Part shown: piece after piece, positions 55,762 to 63,066 of the stretch
Position numbering within the stretch: the stretch's first letter is position 1
How the letters are laid out: each line of letters opens with the position of its first letter
Assembly (NCBI GenBank): GCA_021735445.1
Contig: JAIPHA010000003.1
Location: 903-64,902 of the forward strand
Reading direction: 5' to 3'
DNA: 64,000 nt
DNA from: Candidatus Omnitrophota bacterium
GTDB taxonomy: Bacteria; Omnitrophota; Gorgyraeia; Duberdicusellales; 4484-171
Program-made: the position numbers and the translations under genes
Notes under the pieces: model-generated
Told to the model about the DNA's origin: nothing
What the model saw: only the letters and a program-made list of their open reading frames with translations
Database searches by the model: none

Positions 55762-55902
55762 AGCGTTTTGCCAAGTGAGGCTTGATTTTGTTCGGTAATA
55801 GTTATCGGAACAAATAAAATCAGTTAAGGTAAGCAGGAAGCTTCGGCTGCGCCGAAGATTTGTTTCGATTCCTGCCGGGCGCGTGTTCATTTTAGTTTGA
55901 TA
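55762..55902 (+). repeat. tRNA-trailer module B: 102-nt insert (55762-55863) with hairpin 55841-55857, then a second copy of the tRNA-Arg 3' part plus its 3' flank (55864-55902)
   Basis: The 39-nt exact direct repeat ttcgattcctgccgggcgcgtgttcattttagtttgata occurs at 55723-55761 and 55864-55902. A copy of the T-stem 5' strand (gcagg) also lies at 55833-55837, 26 nt before the repeated T-loop. Confidence 0.88.
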
Positions 55903-55932
55903 GCCGATAAACTATCAGAAGGAGGAGAAAAA

Positions 55933-57168
55933 GTGAAAAATTTTTTTATAGCTATTTTAGTGGTCTTGTTTATAGTTGCGGTTTTATATATCGGCCTTTT
56001 CGCTCTCATAAATACAAAGGGAAAAGATATAGCAATCAACAGAATAGAAGATTCTTTAGGAGTAAGGCCAAAGATTGGCTCGGTTAGTTTACGTTTTCCT
56101 TTTATTTTAGAAATTGTTGATTTCCGCCTTGAGAATTTATCTTTTTCAGATGCCGAAATCTATTTTGGGGGTTTTAACCTATTTAAGCCTTCTTTGAAGT
56201 TGGAGAGGGTTTATTTAGAGAGATTAAATGTTGAAGTAACTAAAAAAGATGGAAAAATCAGAGCGGGAGGGATCCCTTTAAAGGAAGCTACTGGCAAGGG
56301 CCAATCAGAAGAGAATCAAGAAAGTAAAAACGGATCAGATGAAAAAACCAGAGAAGGAGTTAATAAAAAAGAAAACAAAAATATTTCTATAGAGGTAAAA
56401 AATTTCTACCTTAACGATAGTACAATCAAATACAGTGATCAGAGCCGCCCTGAGCCGGTTGATTTGGCATTATTAGACGTAAACCTGACGGCTAAAAATA
56501 TTTCTTATCCAAAACTTTCAAAGCTATCCTTTTATTTTTCCTCTTCCTTAAAAACAGATATAGTTTTAAAAGATTTAATTGCGGCAAAGGGATGGATAAA
56601 TTATCTTGATAAAAGCATGGATGTTGATTTGACAGTTGATTCATTTAAATACAGTGCTGTTTCTGATTTTTGCCCTTCTCCTTGGCGTGCTGAAAATTTG
56701 GGTATTGAAGAAGCGTTTCTATCTTTAGAATCGAAACTTAAAGCCGAAGAGAATAATCTTATAGTTGACAGTACTTTGATTTTAGATGAGATTGAATTTA
56801 TGGAAATAAAAGAAGAAAATAAAAAAGTATTGTCACGGCAAAGGTTTGCCAAAACCGTTGTCGCTTTGCTCAAAGATGAACAAGATGTAGCTAAAATACG
56901 GATAAAATTAACGACAAAAATGGATAAGCCGGAATTAAAGATCAGTTCGATTCAAAAGAGTTTGCGAAAATCTTTACCGATTGGAGCCGGAGTAATCACC
57001 GGGCAGTTAATGCATAAAACCGGAGATGCTGTTAAGGGAGGATTCGGCAAGGCAAAAGATATACCGAAAAATACGTTGGAGGCAACAGTAGATACAATCA
57101 AAGATACGCTGGGTAGAATAAAAGACATCATCGTCGGTCCGAAACCAGACGATAAGCAATCAGAATAA
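55933..57168 (+). CDS. AsmA-like/DUF748-like membrane-anchored protein
   Basis: N-terminal TM anchor followed by repetitive beta-rich segments. GTG at 55933 follows AGGAGG; the ORF-track start at 55897 lies inside the tRNA repeat. Confidence 0.45.
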   Translation: MKNFFIAILVVLFIVAVLYIGLFALINTKGKDIAINRIEDSLGVRPKIGSVSLRFPFILEIVDFRLENLSFSDAEIYFGGFNLFKPSLKLERVYLERLNVEVTKKDGKIRAGGIPLKEATGKGQSEENQESKNGSDEKTREGVNKKENKNISIEVKNFYLNDSTIKYSDQSRPEPVDLALLDVNLTAKNISYPKLSKLSFYFSSSLKTDIVLKDLIAAKGWINYLDKSMDVDLTVDSFKYSAVSDFCPSPWRAENLGIEEAFLSLESKLKAEENNLIVDSTLILDEIEFMEIKEENKKVLSRQRFAKTVVALLKDEQDVAKIRIKLTTKMDKPELKISSIQKSLRKSLPIGAGVITGQLMHKTGDAVKGGFGKAKDIPKNTLEATVDTIKDTLGRIKDIIVGPKPDDKQSE

Positions 57169-57192
57169 AGAGGCAAATCCAGAGGAAATAAA

Positions 57193-58170
57193 ATGCGAAT
57201 AGTTTTTTTAGGTTTTCAAAAATGGGGCTGGGCAGCCTTAAAAGGTTTAATAGAGTCAAGGCATCAAGTGAGCCTGGTTGTAACCCATCCTCAAAATAAA
57301 TCTATTTATAAAGGTTCTTTTATCGATAAATCAGTAAGAGAGCTGGCTGAATCAAATAATATAGCGACCTCAGAATGCCGAAGGCTGGATCAAAAGGAAA
57401 TAATTGATGAGATAAAAGATGCTAAGCCAGACGTTATTGTTTCTTCTGATTGGGAAACCTGGATTGCCCCCGAGGTTACGGGATTAGCGAAGAAGGCGGC
57501 AATTAATATTCATGATGCGTTATTGCCAAAATACGCTGGTTTTTCTCCGGTAAATTGGGCAATAATCAATGGAGAAAAAGAGGTAGGAATTACAGTTCAT
57601 TATATTGAAAAGATACTTGATCAGGGGAAAATCATATTGCAGGAAGCAGTGCTGGTCCAGGAGAGTGATACGGTCGTTGAAGTCCTTGAGAAAATATTTG
57701 AAAAAATACCGGATGTAACCTTAAAATCTTTAGATTTGATAGAAAATGATAAAGTAGAAGCTAAAAAGCAAGATCTTAACCAAGCTTCTTTTTATCACAA
57801 GATTACAGGAAAGGATTGCGAAATTAACTGGCAGAGCCCCTATCAGGCTGTCTACAATTTTATTCGCGCTTTATTTGACCCATTTTCTAATGCTTATACC
57901 TATTTTCAAGGTAAAAAAATAAAGATAAAAAAAGCTTCAATTCCTAAAAAAATATATTGTGGCATTCCCGGGCGTTTGGCTTGCCGGCAAGAAAGCGGGG
58001 TAGTTGCTTTATGTGGCAATACCGGCGCTAATCAGCCCCAAGGCATAGTAATAGAAGAGGTTGAAGATGAGCAAGGTAAGCTAATACCGGCTAACCGTTA
58101 TTTCTTAAAGATGGGGGGATATTTGGGAAGAGCCGCCGGAATCGAAAATATAAAAAGTAAAAATTTCTGA
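57193..58170 (+). CDS. Formyltransferase family protein (Fmt-like)
   Basis: N-terminal formyl-transferase fold with INIHDALLPKYAGFSP (Asn/His) and LDQGKII (Asp), plus a C-terminal Fmt-type beta-barrel. The SLLP/RG motif is divergent, so the substrate is uncertain. Confidence 0.6.
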   Translation: MRIVFLGFQKWGWAALKGLIESRHQVSLVVTHPQNKSIYKGSFIDKSVRELAESNNIATSECRRLDQKEIIDEIKDAKPDVIVSSDWETWIAPEVTGLAKKAAINIHDALLPKYAGFSPVNWAIINGEKEVGITVHYIEKILDQGKIILQEAVLVQESDTVVEVLEKIFEKIPDVTLKSLDLIENDKVEAKKQDLNQASFYHKITGKDCEINWQSPYQAVYNFIRALFDPFSNAYTYFQGKKIKIKKASIPKKIYCGIPGRLACRQESGVVALCGNTGANQPQGIVIEEVEDEQGKLIPANRYFLKMGGYLGRAAGIENIKSKNF

Positions 58171-58178
58171 AATAATAG

Positions 58179-58207
58179 TTGACTTTGATTAATCAATATA
58201 GTAGATT
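58179..58207 (+). promoter_or_regulatory. Candidate promoter TTGACT-17 nt-TAGATT
   Basis: TTGACT at 58179-58184 and TAGATT at 58202-58207; it would drive the 58.21-58.43 kb micro-ORF transcript. Confidence 0.4.
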
Positions 58208-58327
58208 TTGTTTAGCTTAGATAATAATATTTCTCTTAAGCTTGTTAAGGATCCGGAATTATATCATGCCTCTTGAGGGAGAGGAAAGTTGCCCTCAACA
58301 TTAACCTTCTAAGTTAAGGAGGTAGAG

Positions 58328-58372
58328 ATGGCAGGAAAACGCAAGCCGAAGAAAGAAAAAGATAAAAAATAG
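58328..58372 (+). CDS. 14-codon lysine-rich micro-ORF (MAGKRKPKKEKDKK)
   Basis: A perfect AAGGAGG sequence lies 5 nt upstream of the ATG. A candidate promoter lies upstream and a terminator downstream. There is no homology evidence. Confidence 0.3.
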   Translation: MAGKRKPKKEKDKK

Positions 58373-58389
58373 GAAGTCTGATTTTCCAA

Positions 58390-58430
58390 AAAGGGCAGCT
58401 TTTTTTAAAGTTGCCCTTTTTATTTTTTAT
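58390..58430 (+). terminator. Rho-independent terminator
   Basis: 10-bp stem aaagggcagc/gttgcccttt (one G-U pair) followed by a T-rich tract, ttattttttat. Confidence 0.6.
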
Positions 58431-58450
58431 CAAAAGACAGATTCCTTCCT

Positions 58451-58478
58451 TTACAGTTTTATTAAATATATGTATAAT
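58451..58478 (+). promoter_or_regulatory. Candidate promoter of tRNA-His (TTACAG-16 nt-TG-TATAAT)
   Basis: TTACAG at 58451-56 and extended -10 tgTATAAT at 58471-78, ~70 nt upstream of the tRNA. Confidence 0.45.
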
Positions 58479-58549
58479 ATTTTCACTTTAGCCTATAGTT
58501 ATTAGCTATAATTTAATTGGTAAGGAATATTCTCAATAAATTCATTTTC

Positions 58550-58625
58550 GGTGGGTGTAGCTCAGGGGCAGAGCTCTTGATTGTGGTTCAAGTGGCCGGG
58601 GGTTCAAATCCCCTCACCCACCCCA
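58550..58625 (+). tRNA. tRNA-His (anticodon GTG) with encoded G-1 and CCA
   Basis: GGTGGGT/ACCCACC acceptor including the G-1:C73 pair, anticodon stem CTTGA/TCAAG with loop TTGTGGT, T arm with TTCAAAT loop, and a terminal CCA. Confidence 0.93.
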
Positions 58626-60101
58626 GTTTGGATACAAGGAGCGTTCAGCCAATAGGTTGAACGCTTTTTTGTAATGTGGGTTTAGTTTTTTTCCATCGAG
58701 GGTGCAGTTCGAAAGTACGATATTTAACATTTTAGCTCTTTCGAACTTATTTTGGCGTAAATAGAGGGGGAGGATCTTATTGGCAAATTCAAGAATCTTT
58801 AATCCTTCTTCTGTATAATCAAAATCTTTATTTTGATAATTTATAAGTTTTTCATTGATATTCTTTAATTCTTCCTGCCAATCCGAGCTTAAACTATCAT
58901 AAGTTTCTTCGGGTATTTTTCCGTCTATCTTATCAACATAAATTTTCTCAAGGCGTTTTTTAAGTAAATTCTTTCTTTTTTCAAGATTTTCTGATTGAGC
59001 TTTCCGGTATTCACATTGATCTTTATTTTCATTTTTAAAAACTTTCCGGCAATGATTTAATAATTCTTCATCTATACTTATTTTTTTTATTGCCTGAAAC
59101 AACATATCTGCGATCTTTTCTTCTCTTACATAAGTTAACTTACAGCCTCTATAACCTGTACAGCGATAATAAATAAATTTTTCTTTATGTATTTCTGCAG
59201 TAATAGAGGAACCACATTTAGCGCACTTTAGAAGGCCGGCATAGGCAAACCTCCTTTTTCGTAGTCTATGGGGCTTATTGAAGCGCTGAAATGATTTTTG
59301 GACCATATTAAAAAGCTTCTTAGATATCAGAGGAATATGCTTTCCTTGGCAAAGTTTTCCACTCCAATAGAAAGAACCAGTATAAAAAATATTTTTTAGC
59401 ATTTTATCAATAAAAGAAGTATGGATTTTTTTACCGGTCCTTGAACGAAGGCCTTCTTCATTAGCTATATCTCTCATCCTTTTAAGCGAATATTGTCCTG
59501 TAGAATATAATTCAAATAATCTCTTTATAAGGGGAGCTCGAGTTTGATCAATTTCAATTGTTTTTAAAACCCGATCATTTTCTTTTTTAGTTACATTTTT
59601 ATAACCTAGTGGAGCAAGGCCGGGGAATATTCCTTCCTGGGCTTTTTGATTCATCCCTTTCTTGCTTTCTTCAGAAAGGTTATCAATATAATGTTTAGCT
59701 ATTAAAGCTTTAAAGCCAAACATAAGTTTATCGCTTGATCTGGAATGTTTATCTAAAACAAAATTCTCTTTTACTAAGATGATTTTTATATCGGATTCAT
59801 TAATTAATGAATCTAATGTAGCTATATCTTTGAAATTGCGAGATAGCCGATCAGTTTTTTCACAAAGAACAATTTTAATTTGACGATTTTTCTTTAAGAA
59901 CTTGACCATATCAACAAAATTTTTCCGTCCGGATTGTTTTGCTGATTCTATATCAACAAATTCTTTAACTACAGAATATTTATTTTTTAATGCATGATCA
60001 TAAAGATATTTTTTCTGGGCAGGAATAGAATAACCTTCTTGTTCTTGCTCTTTGCTTGAAACTCGGGCATATAGGATTGCTTTTTCCATCTTAATTTGCA
60101 T
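58614..60101 (-). CDS. Large serine recombinase (integrase)
   Basis: N-terminal resolvase domain with catalytic Ser (AILYARVSSKEQ), a recombinase domain, a zinc ribbon (CAKCGSS...YYRCTGYRGC) and a coiled coil. The last 12 nt lie inside tRNA-His. Confidence 0.9.
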   Translation of the reverse strand: MQIKMEKAILYARVSSKEQEQEGYSIPAQKKYLYDHALKNKYSVVKEFVDIESAKQSGRKNFVDMVKFLKKNRQIKIVLCEKTDRLSRNFKDIATLDSLINESDIKIILVKENFVLDKHSRSSDKLMFGFKALIAKHYIDNLSEESKKGMNQKAQEGIFPGLAPLGYKNVTKKENDRVLKTIEIDQTRAPLIKRLFELYSTGQYSLKRMRDIANEEGLRSRTGKKIHTSFIDKMLKNIFYTGSFYWSGKLCQGKHIPLISKKLFNMVQKSFQRFNKPHRLRKRRFAYAGLLKCAKCGSSITAEIHKEKFIYYRCTGYRGCKLTYVREEKIADMLFQAIKKISIDEELLNHCRKVFKNENKDQCEYRKAQSENLEKRKNLLKKRLEKIYVDKIDGKIPEETYDSLSSDWQEELKNINEKLINYQNKDFDYTEEGLKILEFANKILPLYLRQNKFERAKMLNIVLSNCTLDGKKLNPHYKKAFNLLAERSLYPNWGG

Positions 60102-60140
60102 TATATTAATTTAATTATTTATATCAAGTTTAATTTATTT

Positions 60141-60437
60141 TTAAAAGCAAGGCCAAATATCATTTTTAATTTCTTCACACCTTAAACATTTTTTGCTATT
60201 GCAACCTTTTTTGTCTAAATATGCTAGTCTAATTTCTCCTTTTTGACTTAATTTATACCTACCAAAGCAATCTTTTTTAACTAGATTTTGTTTTTCTAAA
60301 AAAAGTAAATAAGATATTGCTCCTGATTTACTATGGTTAAAGTCTTTTATAATGTCTTTATAGTCTATAACTTCTTTTTCGTTTATAAAAGCTAAAACCA
60401 AATGTTTAATTTTTTTATTTTGTTTTTGCATTTTCAT
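60141..60437 (-). CDS. Small winged-helix DNA-binding protein with a C-terminal Cys cluster
   Basis: MarR/ArsR-like recognition region (GAISYLLFLEKQNLVKKDCFGRYKLSQKGE) and CNSKKCLRCEE...WPC. Confidence 0.5.
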   Translation of the reverse strand: MKMQKQNKKIKHLVLAFINEKEVIDYKDIIKDFNHSKSGAISYLLFLEKQNLVKKDCFGRYKLSQKGEIRLAYLDKKGCNSKKCLRCEEIKNDIWPCF

Positions 60438-60484
60438 ACCTCCTTTTAAGCTAGTTTAATTTTCTATATTAAATCGATTTATTT

Positions 60485-61267
60485 TTAATTAAGATTTATA
60501 TTTTTGTAATCATTTTTATTTAAGCGAAAGTCTTTTAATTCTTTTTCTAATTCAAATTCAATTATCCAACTATCGTTCCCACATTTTTCACATTTGAGTT
60601 TACTTTTTAAAGGTTTATTGCCATACAAGCTTCCAAATGGTTGTATCAAACGACTTTTCTTAAGAACTCTGTTATATACTTCTTCTTTTCCGTTTACTTT
60701 AGGTGGTTTAAAAAAATACTTAAGAATATACTTAAGGCCTTTTTTAGGGGTATGAGCTTTTCTTATATCTACTATGGGGCTGTCTCCAGTTAATTCTAAC
60801 CAATCCCTTGATATTTTTTGTTGGGGAAGATATCCTTCCTTTTTTGAGCTAGCTTCAATTAGAGCATGAATATGAATATTCCAACCTCGTCCTTTATTCG
60901 TTATTTCAATTACATACAGTCCGCCTTTGATTCTTCTTTTATAATATTTTTTTCTTAAGAACTTGTTAAAACATTTTCTAATAAACTTTATATCTTTTTT
61001 ATCTAAATAAGATTTATTTTTAATAGTTAAAGTTAACAATTTCGGATTAACCATAGGTTTAACTAATTCCAACCAACCTTTTAAAAGTTTAAAATAAGTT
61101 CTTCTGCGACATTCCGGACAAGTTCGATCGCTGCATTTAAGTTTTACCATTACCGGTTCTCCACATTGTCCACAATAGAGAGTTATAGTCCGATGTGAAC
61201 TTATTCCAGTATTATCAAGTGAAGAACTATTATCATTATTAATTAATTTAAATTCATCTGTAATCAT
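60485..61267 (-). CDS. HUH rolling-circle replication initiator-like endonuclease with zinc ribbons
   Basis: The three RCR motifs occur in order: KLLTLTIKN (motif 1), WNIHIHALIE (HUH) and LKYILKYFFKP (YxxxY). There is an N-terminal CGQCG...CPEC and a C-terminal CEKCG. Confidence 0.65.
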   Translation of the reverse strand: MITDEFKLINNDNSSSLDNTGISSHRTITLYCGQCGEPVMVKLKCSDRTCPECRRRTYFKLLKGWLELVKPMVNPKLLTLTIKNKSYLDKKDIKFIRKCFNKFLRKKYYKRRIKGGLYVIEITNKGRGWNIHIHALIEASSKKEGYLPQQKISRDWLELTGDSPIVDIRKAHTPKKGLKYILKYFFKPPKVNGKEEVYNRVLKKSRLIQPFGSLYGNKPLKSKLKCEKCGNDSWIIEFELEKELKDFRLNKNDYKNINLN

Positions 61268-61282
61268 AATATAGCCTCACTG

Positions 61283-61392
61283 AAGGGATTCTTTTGGGCC
61301 AATGCACCCGGAAAGCCCTGGCGGGCTCCCCGGGTCCCTGCATTGACCGGCCACCCCAATTGGGTCTGGCCCCTTCGGGAGAGAAGATCCCT
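61283..61392. other. GC-rich structured island (candidate ncRNA/leader, or double-strand origin for the adjacent Rep)
   Basis: Closing stem aagggat 61283-89 with atccctt 61386-92; a three-tier hairpin at 61297-61352 (agccc-tggc-gggct tip); palindrome cccaattggg at 61355-64; a c-ttcg-g mini-hairpin near 61373-78. The base composition is far more GC-rich than the flanks. Confidence 0.6.
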
Positions 61393-61417
61393 TTTAGAAA
61401 CTCTGTCCGAAGGATTT

Positions 61418-61693
61418 TTAATTTTTACTGTTTTCATATTCTTCTAGGATGTCTTTTGTTAATTCTGCTTTTAAGCCTTTGCTTAATTCCAGAAGATCAA
61501 AGTATTTAGTTTGTCCATTTTTTCGGTAAACTATTTGAGGAAAACCAACCCAGGGGCCGGAGCCTTCTCCTTCAATAACCCGGAAGCTTTTAATACTTAT
61601 CTCTCCCTGTTCTGTAATCCAGGAAACACTAGCAAAAGCCTTAAGTGCTCCTGAATTTTCTAATCTTTTTAAACTTATTGTTTTGTTTTTCAT
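61418..61693 (-). CDS. SpoVG-like nucleic-acid-binding protein
   Basis: LKAFASVSW...FRVIEGEGSGPWVGFP...LTKDILEEY aligns by eye with the B. subtilis SpoVG pattern RMRAIASITL...IRVIDGNNGLFVAMP...AVLNEY. Confidence 0.6.
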   Translation of the reverse strand: MKNKTISLKRLENSGALKAFASVSWITEQGEISIKSFRVIEGEGSGPWVGFPQIVYRKNGQTKYFDLLELSKGLKAELTKDILEEYENSKN

Positions 61694-61773
61694 TTTTTCT
61701 CCTTTTTTAAAATTAGTTATTATTTTTAATCCTAAAAATTAACGGGGGATGGAGGTGACCTTATACAATACAT

Positions 61774-61923
61774 TTAATCTCCTTTTTTGCTTTGCCATTC
61801 GATTAACAACTTGATAAACTCCAGACAGTCCCGATTTATTTCTTCCGCCTCAGCTTCTGAAATACGATAGCCAAGCCGGCGTGAGAAAATTTCGATTGTT
61901 TTTTGAATAAGTTTTTGATTCAT
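61774..61923 (-). CDS. 49-aa hypothetical protein (below the ORF-track size cut-off)
   Basis: The minus strand reads MNQKLIQKTIEIFSRRLGYRISEAEAEEINRDCLEFIKLLIEWQSKKGD-stop. It is co-directional with, and lies between, two element genes. Confidence 0.4.
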   Translation of the reverse strand: MNQKLIQKTIEIFSRRLGYRISEAEAEEINRDCLEFIKLLIEWQSKKGD

Positions 61924-62017
61924 TTTTTACCAAAGAATTATTTATCCCTCGGTAAAAAATATATCATCTGAATAGGATATTGAAGAGGTGATAGTAAGGG
62001 GAGGGGGGTTATTTTTC

Positions 62018-62851
62018 TTAAATTAGATCTTTGTAGCCGCTATTTATTAAATCAAGACACTTGTTATAACCAATCATAACTTTTCTTTTAGTATTCTCCG
62101 GAAATATTTCTTTAGGATATACTTTCTTTGCTATTTTTCTCCAACCTATACCGGATTCTCTTAGATCGTAGATAGCGAGGTAATTAAGGTATTCTTCAAG
62201 TCTTGCCCTTGTATTTTTTTTCTTTGGTTGGCTTCTTTTGGCACTATCTATAAAAAATTCAACTGTGGCTAAAATCATCGGTTTTGGATATTTTAAATTT
62301 ATAGAAACATTCAGGATATTTTGATTTGTCTTTTTTTTGTTCATTAGATGAGGAAGAATTATAAAAGCCGGTAAAATTGCATTATCTCCTAAAGAAGTTT
62401 TTTGCGCACTTTGTAAAAATCCCATAAGTAGAAAGAAAAAATACTCGAACTTATCAATAAAAATGGTTTCCCCCAAATTGGTTACCCATTTTTCAGGATC
62501 GTCAATAACAAGTTCATCTATGTTTTCAATTCCAAAAGAGGGGCTAAATAAAACAGGCATTTCCCATTTTTTTAGTAATTCTAAATAACGGGTGAGAGCT
62601 TTCTCCCATTGTCGGTGATCTCCGAAAATTTTTTCCCATTGCTGCATTTGTTCGAATGGAGGTGTTTTATTCTTGTAAGAGCTATTAACTATTTTTTTTA
62701 TCTTTTTTCTATCTATTTTTACGTTACCAAAAAATTCATCTATAGGTTTAAAGTCTTTTATAAAATCAGTGTTTCTCCTTAAAAATTCCCATTTATACAG
62801 AAAAACTAGTAATTCACGTTTCCCGGCTTCAATCTTTTCTTTTTTACGCAT
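62018..62851 (-). CDS. Mobile-element regulator-like protein with an N-terminal WEFLRRN motif and a C-terminal HTH-like region
   Basis: YKWEFLRRNTDF resembles the DUF6499-type motif of ICE regulators. The C-terminal LEEYLNYLAIYDLRESGIGWRKIAKKV resembles a DUF2285-type HTH. Both are recalled family patterns and were not searched. Confidence 0.4.
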   Translation of the reverse strand: MRKKEKIEAGKRELLVFLYKWEFLRRNTDFIKDFKPIDEFFGNVKIDRKKIKKIVNSSYKNKTPPFEQMQQWEKIFGDHRQWEKALTRYLELLKKWEMPVLFSPSFGIENIDELVIDDPEKWVTNLGETIFIDKFEYFFFLLMGFLQSAQKTSLGDNAILPAFIILPHLMNKKKTNQNILNVSINLKYPKPMILATVEFFIDSAKRSQPKKKNTRARLEEYLNYLAIYDLRESGIGWRKIAKKVYPKEIFPENTKRKVMIGYNKCLDLINSGYKDLI

Positions 62852-63066
62852 ATTTATTATTATAGCAATATTTCATATTATTTAAACTAGCTTATAAGTA
62901 TACAAAATTTATTATTTTTTAGGGTTTGAGCTTTAGATGTAAAGGTGGTAAAATTAACAAAAAGCATGTTTTTTGATTACATTCAGTTATGGGAGTAGGG
63001 TTTTTATTGCTTTGTTTAAAATTTGAGCATCTGGATTTTATTTTTTATAAGTAATAATATATTATT

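Noticed and set aside
55762-55863. Tested whether trailer module B is a decayed second copy of tRNA-Arg (a pseudo-tRNA)
   Set aside because: Apart from gcagg and the exact 3' repeat, similarity to the D and anticodon arms is weak. The tcggt…tcgga segment is not self-complementary. The homologous module A follows tRNA-Gly, which lacks those sequences.
55666-55890. 74-aa minus-strand ORF
   Set aside because: It lies antisense to tRNA-Arg and its duplicated 3' segment. The internal peptide repeat (MNTRPAGIE twice) mirrors the DNA repeat.
61349-61366. ccaccccaattggg as a possible attR copy of the tRNA-His 3' end (cacccaccccagtttgg)
   Set aside because: Only 8 contiguous nt match and none of the T-arm is present. 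The match lies inside a palindromic GC-rich structure, which explains it better. The right junction is probably outside the window.
61294-61509. 71-aa plus-strand ORF over the GC-rich island
   Set aside because: Its 3' third is antisense to the SpoVG-like gene. The 5' part is kept open only by the GC-rich stem sequences, and there is no RBS.
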